Shown piece by piece: positions 39,289 to 49,360 of a DNA stretch of 64,000 bases (position 1 is the stretch's first letter; every line of letters begins with the position of its first letter). The position numbers and the translations under genes are program-made. Under the pieces are notes generated by a model. That model ran no database searches. It was not told the origin of the DNA and worked only from the letters and a program-made list of their open reading frames with translations. The stretch comes from a virus. The DNA lies in IMG/VR virus record IMGVR_UViG_3300007609_000005, positions 1-64,000 of that record; one strand, written 5' to 3'.

Positions 39289-40968
39289 CTATACACACAA
39301 ATTATATTTTAACTTACCACAATCCCATATACGTTCAATTTTATTACTTTGCATATATGATTTTTCAGATTCTTTTTCGGAAATACTCTCTAATTTATCC
39401 CTTTGAAAACTTCTTTTATTGACCCTACTACCATTAACAATATATTTATAGTCCGGACCACTACTTTTCACCCTCTCAAATCCAAGTTTTTCATATAGAT
39501 TGCCTTCACTCCAACACCTATCTGCATAACTGATTATACGGGTTGCATTATATTCCCTTATAAACCATTTCAACAATTTCCCGGCACCACCAATAACATT
39601 CGTGTTCAATTTGTTACAGAACCTCGAAAGATTCCATTCACCATCATCCATCTTCACCCTCCCCTCGAATTTATTGAATGTCATTACTGCCACAAGTTCA
39701 TCATTGTATAAAAGACCAATATAAACAGAACTTCTATCATTCCCTTGTATATGATTTTCCTTTAAAAACTCAGAACACCGTCTAGTACTTAATTTAACAA
39801 CTTCACATTTCCGTGCCCCTATTTTCGTATCACTTATAGATAATATACTTGATATCTGACTCTTTATGATTGAACCTCTTTCAACCCAATCATCTTCCCA
39901 TATATGTATGATACGTATACCTTTATCATTGAAATATGATGTTTTATCAATGTGGTAGTTTTTATACTTATATTTCTCAGAATGCCAATAAAGCCCATTG
40001 AATTCAAAGCCTATTTTCAACTCCGGTAAGTAAATATCAATTTCCAAACCATCTCGATAAGACCTCACCACTTCACCATTATATATTGAATTGATGTATT
40101 CATATAACTCACCCTCCTTAATAGAAGTGGAATCCGATATTGGATTACAAACAGTACATAGGTTTACATTTGATTTTTTCCGATTATAGTACATATATGA
40201 TGATATCTCAAAATTATGATCACAACCTTTATCACAATTGAATTCTGAAATATTGTCACCAACATATCCAATGTAATTTTCATCATTTGATAAATGGACA
40301 CTATGACCTCTTATAGATTCAGAAGAATATGGCGAAGTTGAACCATATCTATCTAACATTGTTTTCTTAATTTTTTCTCTAACACCTGGGTCAGATAAAC
40401 TGGACCAATATCCCGTCTTATCATAATATGTTTTGGATATCCTATCATATATTTCTGGAACCTTTGATGGGTGATCCACCCCATACTTCTCCAAAAATGA
40501 ATTTCTTATCATTTCTTTATCATGGAATGGATTTTTAAATCCAAACTTCTCCATATTGGTTTTGGACTTACGTTCTTTATATTCATCCGTTTTAGAATAA
40601 TGATCCACCCCATATCTATCTAAGTTGGTTTCCTTAACTCGGTCTTTATATTGATTGGTCTTCGAATAATGATCCACCCCATATTTTTGAGAATTAGTTA
40701 CTTTATTCTTAACACTAGAACATTTAACACAAGTGTAAATAGGCAGTTCCTCACAAGAATTCACATTCTTGTTATAAGACTGATATGTTATGATATTCTC
40801 AGAAAAACAAACATCACAAGACACTTTAACCTTTTTATTACTCTTTTTCTGAAGATGTATAATATCAATATCTATCACATCGCCACATTCTATACCAACA
40901 TAATATTCACTGAAATGATCAATATTCCTCTTACTTATCTTAACCTTTATTGATTTATCTACTAACAT
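39289..40968 (-). CDS. homing-endonuclease-like protein (zinc ribbons, KYGVDH repeats, PD-(D/E)xK/Vsr-like domain)
   Basis: CDVC/CVKC, repeated YGVDH(Y/P)SK, LEIDIYLPELKIGFEFNGLYWH, IHIWEDDW, C-terminal GARKC...SRFC...SYAD domain. Confidence 0.75.
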   Translation of the reverse strand: MLVDKSIKVKISKRNIDHFSEYYVGIECGDVIDIDIIHLQKKSNKKVKVSCDVCFSENIITYQSYNKNVNSCEELPIYTCVKCSSVKNKVTNSQKYGVDHYSKTNQYKDRVKETNLDRYGVDHYSKTDEYKERKSKTNMEKFGFKNPFHDKEMIRNSFLEKYGVDHPSKVPEIYDRISKTYYDKTGYWSSLSDPGVREKIKKTMLDRYGSTSPYSSESIRGHSVHLSNDENYIGYVGDNISEFNCDKGCDHNFEISSYMYYNRKKSNVNLCTVCNPISDSTSIKEGELYEYINSIYNGEVVRSYRDGLEIDIYLPELKIGFEFNGLYWHSEKYKYKNYHIDKTSYFNDKGIRIIHIWEDDWVERGSIIKSQISSILSISDTKIGARKCEVVKLSTRRCSEFLKENHIQGNDRSSVYIGLLYNDELVAVMTFNKFEGRVKMDDGEWNLSRFCNKLNTNVIGGAGKLLKWFIREYNATRIISYADRCWSEGNLYEKLGFERVKSSGPDYKYIVNGSRVNKRSFQRDKLESISEKESEKSYMQSNKIERIWDCGKLKYNLCV

Positions 40969-41077
40969 AACCTATATATTACAATTAAATTCTTCTTATT
41001 ATGGTAATTTTTTGTTGTTTGTTTAAAAAAAAGCATTATCTTTGTAAAACAAATCTTAAACATATAATAAAATTAAC

Positions 41078-42652
41078 ATGATTATAAACAAGAACATACA
41101 CGAAAAACTCCTTACGTCAATCCAAGAAATGTTGATCGATACGAAAGTTAATCTACCATACTATGGTGAATTTAACTTATTGGTGAACTTTCACGAGTCC
41201 AATAACCTTCCAACATGTGGTGTAAATGTTACATCAAAGGGGATGAACTTCTACTACAATCCGAAGTTCCTACAACACATGTCCCAAAAAGAAGTGAACT
41301 TCGTAACACTACACGAAGATTTCCACTTACTTTTCAATCACCCACGTAGAACAATCACGGGTCAATATAATCACAAATTGTCGAATATTGCACAAGATAT
41401 GATTATCAACTACATCATTTGGGACGATATCTCTCACAATTTTGTAGAAATTCCAAAGGATGAGAATGGTAAGAATATGGCACTGTTCCCACCAAAGGAA
41501 TACAAAGGTAAATTGATCTATGAAGAAGTCTATACTTGGTTGAAAGACGAAAAAGAAAAGTGGGACGAAGAACAGAAGAAAAACTCCGGTGATGGTGATT
41601 GCCAAACATGTAACGGCTCTGGTCAAAAACAAGACCAAAATGATCAAGGTCAAAGTGATGGTCAAGGTCAAGACCAAGGCCAAGGTCAAGGTGATGGTCA
41701 AGGTGATGGTCAAGGTGATGGAGAAGGTCAAGACCAAGGTCAAGGTCAAGGTGATGGTCAAGGTGATGGAGAAGGTCAAGGTCAAGGTGATGGTCAAGGT
41801 GATGGACACAATCACGGTCAATCAGGCGAACCTTGCCCAGATTGTAATGGCACGGGTAACCAAAATGGTATGGATTCATCTGGTAAGCCATCTTATGGTC
41901 CATATGGACAAAACCCATCCGGAGATGGTTCTATTGATACATGGTCAAAAGAACAGATCTTTAAGGACATGGATCAGAATGATGGACAATATATGGATTC
42001 CCACATCACCGATGATGTTCCTGAGGACATGAGAGAAACAATGGTACGAGATGCCATGGAAAGATTGGCTGCACGAGGACTTGCATCAGGTAATATTGAA
42101 ACAACTCTGAATAAACTTCAGAAGAAACGAAAAGATTACTTGAAAGAAATCAAACGTTCAATCTCAAATGAGATCTTCGGTACTAAAAAACAAAAGACTA
42201 TTACTCGAATCAATCGTAGAGGTATCAAAGGTCTTAAAGGTAACCGAAAGACCAAGACAACAATCAACGTTATTCTTGATACATCCGGTTCTATGGGTGG
42301 TCAAGGGACATTTGAAAGAGTTCTGTCGTATGTTTATAGGAACGACATTGAAATAAACTTCATCCAAGGTGATACTGATGTGAAGTGGGTTGAGAAGTTC
42401 AAGAAGAAACGTCAATTGGAAACAATGAAAATCCGAGGTCTTGGTGGCACTGTGCTCCAACCTAGCGTGGATTACTGTGTCGAACACTATAATGAGTACA
42501 ATACTTGTATACTTACGGATGGTTACACAGATACTCTTGACCTCTCTAAGTTGAATGGACGAGTTCTAATGATTTCTGTTGGTGTTGAAGTACCAACTAG
42601 CCGACCACCAAAGAAAGGTGTGAAGCAAATCGTACTTGAAGAAACTCACTAA
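41078..42652 (+). CDS. DUF2201-type metallopeptidase + VWA domain protein
   Basis: HEDFH (HExxH), NIAQDMIIN, MIDAS DTSGSM, GGT, LTDG. Confidence 0.85.
   Translation: MIINKNIHEKLLTSIQEMLIDTKVNLPYYGEFNLLVNFHESNNLPTCGVNVTSKGMNFYYNPKFLQHMSQKEVNFVTLHEDFHLLFNHPRRTITGQYNHKLSNIAQDMIINYIIWDDISHNFVEIPKDENGKNMALFPPKEYKGKLIYEEVYTWLKDEKEKWDEEQKKNSGDGDCQTCNGSGQKQDQNDQGQSDGQGQDQGQGQGDGQGDGQGDGEGQDQGQGQGDGQGDGEGQGQGDGQGDGHNHGQSGEPCPDCNGTGNQNGMDSSGKPSYGPYGQNPSGDGSIDTWSKEQIFKDMDQNDGQYMDSHITDDVPEDMRETMVRDAMERLAARGLASGNIETTLNKLQKKRKDYLKEIKRSISNEIFGTKKQKTITRINRRGIKGLKGNRKTKTTINVILDTSGSMGGQGTFERVLSYVYRNDIEINFIQGDTDVKWVEKFKKKRQLETMKIRGLGGTVLQPSVDYCVEHYNEYNTCILTDGYTDTLDLSKLNGRVLMISVGVEVPTSRPPKKGVKQIVLEETH
41641..41806 (+). 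repeat. intragenic GQGQ/GDGQ low-complexity tandem repeat
   Basis: Multiple GGTCAA and GGTGATGGTCAA units. Confidence 0.9.
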
Positions 42653-42682
42653 GAGTTTAACAAGTTGTGTATGTTTGTTTGT

Positions 42683-42714
42683 GAGTGGGGTTGAATTTCA
42701 ACCCCACTCTTTTT
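42683..42714 (+). terminator. intrinsic terminator
   Basis: GAGTGGGGTTGA-att-TCAACCCCACTC followed by TTTTT. Confidence 0.88.
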
Positions 42715-42735
42715 AACTGAAAAAAGAAAAATAAC

Positions 42736-43875
42736 ATGAAAAGTATATTAACAGTAATATTTATCTTAATTTCCCAACTTTTATATGCTGGATGTGGTCC
42801 ATACGAAATTGTAGATGTTTATCCTGAGGTTGGGTCAATAGAAGTGCCAATAAATTTAACTTCAATAAAATTCATACCTGATAACCTACTATCATGTAGC
42901 ACTGCTGCAAAATTTAGAGATGGGTACTTACGAATATTTGAATCTACAACAAATCAGTTAGTTGATAGTATTGATGTAAATGATTATTACCCATATGGTT
43001 ATGAAGCACCATTTGGCGAAGAACTTATTTTTCCACTTAATACAACGTTACAATATTGTACTAATTATTATGTAACAATGGATATAGGTACTGTATATAA
43101 CCCGTGCTGTTCAAGTGGTGGGGATTTTGGGATGTATGGTCAAATTGATCCAAATACAGGGGATGGTTACTTTTGGGGAGAATGGGTAACAACACCTCAA
43201 CCACATTGGGAAGGATTTACTTGGGAATTTACAACAATAACACCGGAAATACAATTAGATGTCACCGATGCTTCTTGTTACAATTCCTGTGATGGTTCTA
43301 TCGAAATATATTCACCTTTAACCAATCAAGGACAAATTTATAATAATCATTGTCCAAATACATACTTCTTTGACCTGTCTGCAATAACATATGGATGTAT
43401 TGACAATTTTGAAGTTACTATAGATTCCCCAGATTCAATAGTTATTTATGAAACTGTTACGAATTCAAGTATTAATTTGTCTGTAAATGGAGGAATACCA
43501 CCATACCAATTTAATTGGACTGGACCAAATGGGTTTATATCAAATCAACCATATAACATAAACAATTTACAGGGCGGTATATACACATATACTATTACTG
43601 ATAATAATGGGTGTCAATCATCAAACGAAATATCTATTAGTATCATGTCCATTGAAGATATCACCCACATAAAAAATTCGGAACACATTTTATTTCCAAA
43701 TCCTTCGAAGATACAAATTAATATCAAACCAAATACTAATTATAGAATAATTGATATTTCTGGCAGAACAATATCAAAAAATTTTACAGAGAATGGGACA
43801 ATAAATGTATCACATTTGAATGGGGTGTATTATTTATTTGATAATAACCAAATTCATAAATTCATAGTTGAATAG
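42736..43875 (+). CDS. secreted protein with Ig-like/SprB-like segments and a T9SS type-A C-terminal sorting domain
   Basis: Signal peptide; VTDASC..CDGSI and GG.PPY.F.W.GPNG...G.YTYTITD.NGC; C-terminal FPNPS...IIDISGR...INVSHL.GVYYL...KFIVE. Confidence 0.8.
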   Translation: MKSILTVIFILISQLLYAGCGPYEIVDVYPEVGSIEVPINLTSIKFIPDNLLSCSTAAKFRDGYLRIFESTTNQLVDSIDVNDYYPYGYEAPFGEELIFPLNTTLQYCTNYYVTMDIGTVYNPCCSSGGDFGMYGQIDPNTGDGYFWGEWVTTPQPHWEGFTWEFTTITPEIQLDVTDASCYNSCDGSIEIYSPLTNQGQIYNNHCPNTYFFDLSAITYGCIDNFEVTIDSPDSIVIYETVTNSSINLSVNGGIPPYQFNWTGPNGFISNQPYNINNLQGGIYTYTITDNNGCQSSNEISISIMSIEDITHIKNSEHILFPNPSKIQINIKPNTNYRIIDISGRTISKNFTENGTINVSHLNGVYYLFDNNQIHKFIVE

Positions 43876-44681
43876 CTTTCCTCAGTAAGAAAAGATTTAG
43901 ATGAATTGTGTCTCTTCTTTGTCATACATAAGTTTGACAGAGAAGAGATTTCTTCTTCAGATATATTGTTTTGAAACCCGTGAATAATACTCACTTTATG
44001 ATCCAACGTTGGATATTCTCTATCAGTGTGTTTGTATGAAAAGTTATTGGCAATATATTCACCATCATAATAATCATTACCATCCCAATTCTCCATCAAT
44101 ATCTTTCGGTTCCTTTCAGTGAGTTTCCTAACCCTTTTCCGGTAAATATCCCATTCAGTCAATTGTTCATCAGGAATTATTAAACCTCTTTCCATTTTGG
44201 TTATTAAACCTTTCTCAATTATCTTTGAATTAAATTCTTCTAATTTCATATAGTGACCACCATACCTTTCATTTAAAGTTCCCTTTAATTGTTCTTTGTG
44301 TTGATCAGAATCAACATAATATTCTGACCCATATTTCTCCAAGCAAGTTTTTTTCCTTTTCTCAACAACTTCTTCACACTTACTTGGATTATCAACACCA
44401 TATTTATCCAACATGGTCTTTTTGGCTGTGATGTTATTACACGATTTACAATTATAAGTCCCACTTCTATCTTTATTCTTTGAATACTTCAACATAGATA
44501 AATTTTTAGTGATAGAACCACAACTATCACATTGAGCATCAATCTTATACTTACAATACTTCATTAAATATTTGACCGGCATCATAACTTTCTTACCATA
44601 TTCAACTTCAATACCTTGTTCTCGGAAGTGCTTCATATTCTTAGGATTAAATGTTATCTCCACTTCTTTTGTCAGTATCAT
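43854..44681 (-). CDS. HNH-like homing endonuclease with KYG repeats
   Basis: CDSC/CKSC, KYGVDNPSK, TLDHKVSI...SNLCM..K.HNSSK; likely start MILTK. Confidence 0.7.
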   Translation of the reverse strand: MILTKEVEITFNPKNMKHFREQGIEVEYGKKVMMPVKYLMKYCKYKIDAQCDSCGSITKNLSMLKYSKNKDRSGTYNCKSCNNITAKKTMLDKYGVDNPSKCEEVVEKRKKTCLEKYGSEYYVDSDQHKEQLKGTLNERYGGHYMKLEEFNSKIIEKGLITKMERGLIIPDEQLTEWDIYRKRVRKLTERNRKILMENWDGNDYYDGEYIANNFSYKHTDREYPTLDHKVSIIHGFQNNISEEEISSLSNLCMTKKRHNSSKSFLTEESYSTMNL

Positions 44682-45092
44682 AAGTCTATATATTATCTTT
44701 ACAAAATCCAAAAACTCATCGTTTTTATCACATAATGCTACTACTTGAGAAAATTTACGAACATTTTCAATAAATTAATAATTACTAATAGAGATAGGTA
44801 CTAAAACCTAATAAAAATAGAATTGATAAATTATGGAATTTTTAATGGAAATAATTAAAGAATTAATAATTGAAATTATCAAACGAATGTTGGATAAGTA
44901 TTGTGCAAAAAGTGAACTAATACCATACTTAAAGAAGTGTGATCATTCATAAACACCGATGGTGAATTGATTAAACTGTGTAGTGGCTTATATCATTGTG
45001 ATATGGATATATGATTGTGGTAAGATAAAGTTCGAAAAATTGATATAAATTACCGTTCTATTTTATATATAGAAGAAACAACCAAATCACCA

Positions 45093-45773
45093 ATGAGTAA
45101 ACTCATAACGAGTCTATCAGAATACATCAAAGAAGAAACCACCAATGGTATTTGGTATCACGGAACACCGGATAGTAGAGGAATCGAAAAAAATGGATTC
45201 GATAAAAGAACTAAGAGTATAACATATCTAAAAGATATTGAAAAATACAAGGAAGCCCAATCAAAATTGAAATCTGCACGAGAAAATGATGATATGGATT
45301 TATATCATAGGATATTGGATACGATATCTTATTTCAAGTCTGATATGACATATAATTCTCCTATATTCTTAACTGATAACTACTCGGTTGCTAGAACATA
45401 TGCTGACCCAATGAGGGCATTTGATTACCAAGGGGCGATTGAAAAAGTTTATAAGGTAAGGGTCAATAACTGTAATAGGGTAGTTCGGATAAATGCAACT
45501 GGTGATAGGTTTCGTTTCATATCAGTTGATAAGGTTAAAAGAGGATTTATGGCATTTGGTATAACCGAGGAGGAAATAACTGACCTTATAAACAAATTCA
45601 ATTTTTATGTTCAGAATAACAAAGGTGTGCAAACTGATGTTATTGCAGCCATTGGTAATTGTCTCAAAATAGATTGTATTGATGTAATTGGTGTATATGA
45701 TTCATATAATGGGGGCAAAATAAAATCCACCGTTAGAATGGTATTAGACCCATCAAACATAGAGATAGTATAG
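45093..45773 (+). CDS. putative ADP-ribosyltransferase-fold protein (N-tag)
   Basis: WYHGT and IFLTDN...A.TYA motifs; starts MSKLITSLSEYIKEE. Confidence 0.55.
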   Translation: MSKLITSLSEYIKEETTNGIWYHGTPDSRGIEKNGFDKRTKSITYLKDIEKYKEAQSKLKSARENDDMDLYHRILDTISYFKSDMTYNSPIFLTDNYSVARTYADPMRAFDYQGAIEKVYKVRVNNCNRVVRINATGDRFRFISVDKVKRGFMAFGITEEEITDLINKFNFYVQNNKGVQTDVIAAIGNCLKIDCIDVIGVYDSYNGGKIKSTVRMVLDPSNIEIV

Positions 45774-45826
45774 TGATGAATTAAAACAAGTATCAACTAT
45801 TCACATTATTTTACATAGAATAATGT

Positions 45827-46291
45827 ATGAATAGACATATTAAGAAATTTCAAGATAAGAATAACAATGAAATAAAATCAACTATATTGTTATCTGCCTT
45901 TCCGGGTACAGGTAAATCACACCTCTTTAAGAATAACAAAAACCTTAAAATTTTGGATAGTGACAGTAGTACATTCGATAAAAAAGATTTTCCGGAAAAT
46001 TATATAAAACACATCAAAGAAAATATTGGTGTTGTAGATATCATATGCATAAGTAGTCATGAAGAGGTAAGGAAGGCATTAGTTGATAACGGACTCATGT
46101 TCTTACTTGTATATCCTAATATAGAACTCAAAGATGAGTATATTGAGAGATATGAAACCAGAGGGAACGACAAAGGATTCATCGAATTATTGACAGATAA
46201 ATGGGATGAATGGATAACAGATGTTTCTGAACAGAAAAATTGCATAAGAATTGAATTGGGTAAAAATGAATTCATAGGAGATAAATTATGA
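45827..46291 (+). CDS. P-loop nucleotide kinase-like protein (N-tag)
   Basis: AFPGTGKS, DSDSS, RY..RGN. Confidence 0.7.
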   Translation: MNRHIKKFQDKNNNEIKSTILLSAFPGTGKSHLFKNNKNLKILDSDSSTFDKKDFPENYIKHIKENIGVVDIICISSHEEVRKALVDNGLMFLLVYPNIELKDEYIERYETRGNDKGFIELLTDKWDEWITDVSEQKNCIRIELGKNEFIGDKL

Positions 46292-46482
46292 CAAGTATAT
46301 TACAAACAGGTCTAATACCAACCGTAGGATATTCATCAACACCGATCAAAACCATAATCGGTTATGAGGATGTTAAGGGACTAGGAACTATAGAACATTC
46401 TGTATTGAGTGGAAGGTCATTAACACTGGAAGAGATAAAGGAAGAAAAAGCCAAATTAAAGAAAAGATTAGATAAGGAATGA
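46288..46482 (+). CDS. hypothetical protein
   Basis: 64 aa; ATGA overlaps on both sides. Confidence 0.55.
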   Translation: MTSILQTGLIPTVGYSSTPIKTIIGYEDVKGLGTIEHSVLSGRSLTLEEIKEEKAKLKKRLDKE

Positions 46483-47426
46483 ACGTATTAAGTCTATTTG
46501 ATGGTATGAGTTGTGGTCAAATTGCCCTCAATCGTCAAGGAATAAAATATAAGAATTATTATGCAAGTGAGATTGATAAACATGCAATCCAAGTAACTGA
46601 GAAAAACTATCCAAAAACCATACAACTCGGTGACGTAAAGGATATTACCAAAGAAACATTCGGTGATGAGAAGATAGATCTTTTGATAGGTGGTTCGCCT
46701 TGTCAGGGATTCTCCAAGGCAGGGAAGGGATTGAACTTCGAAGACCCAAGGTCAAAGTTATTTTTCGAATATGTACGTTTACTGAAAGAACTCAAACCAA
46801 AATATTTTCTTTTGGAAAATGTTAAAATGAAGAAGGAACACGAGGAAATAATAACCGATTTTCTTGGGGTATATCCAATGAAAATAGATTCACTGCACCT
46901 TACACCACAAACACGTAAAAGGTTATATTGGACAAATATTCCCGGTGGGGTCAATGTTATTCAGAATGATAGAAAAGAACTCAGAGATATTATCGAAAAG
47001 AATCACCCAATAACAGATAAAGAAATAAAGTATCTCGAAAAGTTCCCACTATTGGAACGAGTTGGTGATAAATTAATACATCCTGAGGCAACTAAGAAAG
47101 GTTATGCAGAGGCAAGTATTTATGAAGGACTTGATCTATCATTCCCCAATTCCCAAACAAGAAGAGGTCGGTCAATGAAAGATTATTCCAATTGTTTAAC
47201 TGCATCAGGTCATGACCTTGGTATAGTGGTAAAACATAATGATAAATTGATTTGGAGAAGATTCACACCAGTGGAATGTGAAAGATTACAAACAGTTCCT
47301 GATAATTACACATCAGTAAAAGATGAAGAAGGGAATGAATTAATATCCGATACACAAAGGTATAAAATGTTGGGCAATGGATGGACAGTTGATATTATTG
47401 GAAATATTTTGAAAAATATGGAATGA
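46479..47426 (+). CDS. C5 DNA cytosine methyltransferase
   Basis: LSLFDG, GGSPCQGFS, LENV, Q.RKRLYW, ECERLQ, LGNGW. Confidence 0.93.
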   Translation: MNVLSLFDGMSCGQIALNRQGIKYKNYYASEIDKHAIQVTEKNYPKTIQLGDVKDITKETFGDEKIDLLIGGSPCQGFSKAGKGLNFEDPRSKLFFEYVRLLKELKPKYFLLENVKMKKEHEEIITDFLGVYPMKIDSLHLTPQTRKRLYWTNIPGGVNVIQNDRKELRDIIEKNHPITDKEIKYLEKFPLLERVGDKLIHPEATKKGYAEASIYEGLDLSFPNSQTRRGRSMKDYSNCLTASGHDLGIVVKHNDKLIWRRFTPVECERLQTVPDNYTSVKDEEGNELISDTQRYKMLGNGWTVDIIGNILKNME

Positions 47427-47813
47427 TCATCTTTGGTAATTATTCTGTACTGCATATATGATTGACTTGAACCGGGTTTCAATTTCTTCATCTTGTGCCT
47501 TTTTTAATTCACCAAGATTTCTAACTATTCCTTTCAGAGCCTTTATATGTTCAAATTTTAAAAACATCAAATAAGGGAAGTATCTTATAGGCTTTTTGTC
47601 CTTATTCCATCGACCATACAATGCCGCCTTGAAATTTTTCTTAGTAATTTCCACTATATCATATTCATAATTAATGACATACATTTTAAGACCATATCCA
47701 AGCACAATATCATAATCATCTAACTTTAAAAGGCTTAGATCACTTATATGATAAAAATTCCTATCTTTAACATGTATCTCATATTCCTCATTGAATTTTT
47801 TAAGATGTTTCAT
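47423..47813 (-). CDS. hypothetical protein (N-tag)
   Basis: Starts MKHLKKFNEE; ORF track gives 47427-47813. Confidence 0.65.
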
Positions 47814-48207
47814 TTATACCACCTCCCTTTCTAGCCAATACTTTGACATATTCAAACATAGTCTTCATTTTTTTGTTGTATATTTTTTCCACCTCTGATA
47901 ATTTATCCAATAACTCTTGTACATCATCAAGTTGTTCACCTTTCAAGAATAAAAAGTACTTAAAAACATCAGGTGTATCAAATGTACTTTTATTATAATA
48001 AGCAGTCTTGGTCTTTACCTCCCAAAATCTTTTAATTTTTTCTAATTTATAATCCTTATTTACGAAATAAACCTCTTTACCCATTTTATTTAATTTTTTG
48101 AAATCCTCTGAATTCAACATATCCATTTTTTCAATAGGGAAAATGGAACTTGATAATATACTATCTCCAACAGATTTCTTTTCATTATAATTTTTAATAT
48201 GCTGCAT
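47800..48207 (-). CDS. hypothetical protein (N-tag), probable paralog of the neighbouring gene
   Basis: Likely start MQHIKNYNE; shares Y(V/F)(I/V)N..Y and F.Y..FLK patterns with 47427-47813. Confidence 0.65.
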   Translation of the reverse strand: MQHIKNYNEKKSVGDSILSSSIFPIEKMDMLNSEDFKKLNKMGKEVYFVNKDYKLEKIKRFWEVKTKTAYYNKSTFDTPDVFKYFLFLKGEQLDDVQELLDKLSEVEKIYNKKMKTMFEYVKVLARKGGGINETS

Positions 48208-48211
48208 GATT

Positions 48212-48451
48212 TTAATATTCAATTTTATCAACACTGTGTAAATAAACCTCATGTTCCTCATTATCATATAAAACAGTAATAAGACCATCATTATCAATAC
48301 TTACAGGGACGAGAGATTTATCTGGATCTGCATCAGGAAAATCTTTAACGGTTGATGCATATAACCTTCCTTGATTCTTTATGGTTTCTACAACATCATC
48401 ATGTTCGATATTATTCACCTTAAACCCCTCATATGTTTTAATGTGTTTCAT
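48212..48451 (-). CDS. hypothetical protein (N-tag)
   Basis: Likely start MKHIKTYEGF after TAATATATA. Confidence 0.65.
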   Translation of the reverse strand: MKHIKTYEGFKVNNIEHDDVVETIKNQGRLYASTVKDFPDADPDKSLVPVSIDNDGLITVLYDNEEHEVYLHSVDKIEY

Positions 48452-48541
48452 TATAATATATATTAAAACCAATTCCTATCATTAATACAATTTTTAAAAC
48501 CACATGAGTCATTTAATATATAACAAAAACCAAGTATCAAT

Positions 48542-49360
48542 ATGTCATTTATAAAGAAGTATAACGAACTGAATAGTGATAAATATAAATTGGCAGGAGA
48601 AGAATTAACTAAACTAGGTCACTCTGGCCGCGGGAAAAAACTTATTGAATGGGGAGAACATAAACGATATTCGGAAATATCGGAAAAGGCAGAATATGCT
48701 AGAAATATTTATTCCAAATACGGAAAATTGCGAATTTATGTGGAGGGATTTCATGACACCAGGGATAAACAACTTTGGGGAGATTTAATTCCGGATGAGT
48801 TTGATTATTTTATACATTTTTCGAATGATGTTACAGTAGAAGAGTTTGGAACTGTTGATGATGGAAATGATTCGGAGATACTACACTTCAATCTTTATAT
48901 TATTCCAACCCAAGAAATGATAGACCGACTTTTCAACGCTGATCACAAAACAACTGACAAACAACTTATAACTTTTTACAAAGACGAACTTAGCATTGAT
49001 GATTTTTCATCTTACTTCTTTTTATGCACTTTTACAATCGAATTTAAGAAAGATCTCGAAAATCAAAAATTGAATTTATCAGATATAAGTATTTGCCCGG
49101 TTGAAATGGACTTTGGTAAAATAACATTAAAAACAAAAAGGGATGCAGCCAAATTCAGAGAGCTATTGTATTCAATATTCAATAAAGACATAGACTACCC
49201 AACATATCCGAATAATACACTTTCAAAAAAACCAATGTATGATGAAATTCAAGAAACATTGGTAGAACTTGATGTACTTACGAATTACGGACTTGAAATT
49301 GAAGATATTGCAGAACAGATAAAAATATTTTCAACAAATAAATTGTATAAAGAGATATGA
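48542..49360 (+). CDS. hypothetical protein (N-tag), tandem paralog 1
   Basis: MSFIKKYNEL; similar to the next ORF (LT..GH..RG.KL, DYP, KP.Y.E..E.L.E.DVL..YGL..EDIAE). Confidence 0.75.
   Translation: MSFIKKYNELNSDKYKLAGEELTKLGHSGRGKKLIEWGEHKRYSEISEKAEYARNIYSKYGKLRIYVEGFHDTRDKQLWGDLIPDEFDYFIHFSNDVTVEEFGTVDDGNDSEILHFNLYIIPTQEMIDRLFNADHKTTDKQLITFYKDELSIDDFSSYFFLCTFTIEFKKDLENQKLNLSDISICPVEMDFGKITLKTKRDAAKFRELLYSIFNKDIDYPTYPNNTLSKKPMYDEIQETLVELDVLTNYGLEIEDIAEQIKIFSTNKLYKEI

Noticed and set aside
41641-41806. Possible CRISPR array
   Set aside because: The units are 6-12 nt in-frame tandem repeats with no unique spacers; no CRISPR array was seen in the window
41327-42032. Overlapping ORFs with TLTITL, DHHLDL and KVKVMV repeats
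   Set aside because: These are alternative-frame shadows of the GQGDG repeat inside the VWA gene
39289-44711. Introns or inteins associated with the two homing-endonuclease-like genes
   Set aside because: The flanking genes are not interrupted and no group I/II core was recognised; they appear free-standing
44833-44952. 39-aa ORF MEFLMEIIKELII... in an AT-rich intergenic gap
   Set aside because: No motif or convincing regulatory structure; cannot be distinguished from a chance ORF
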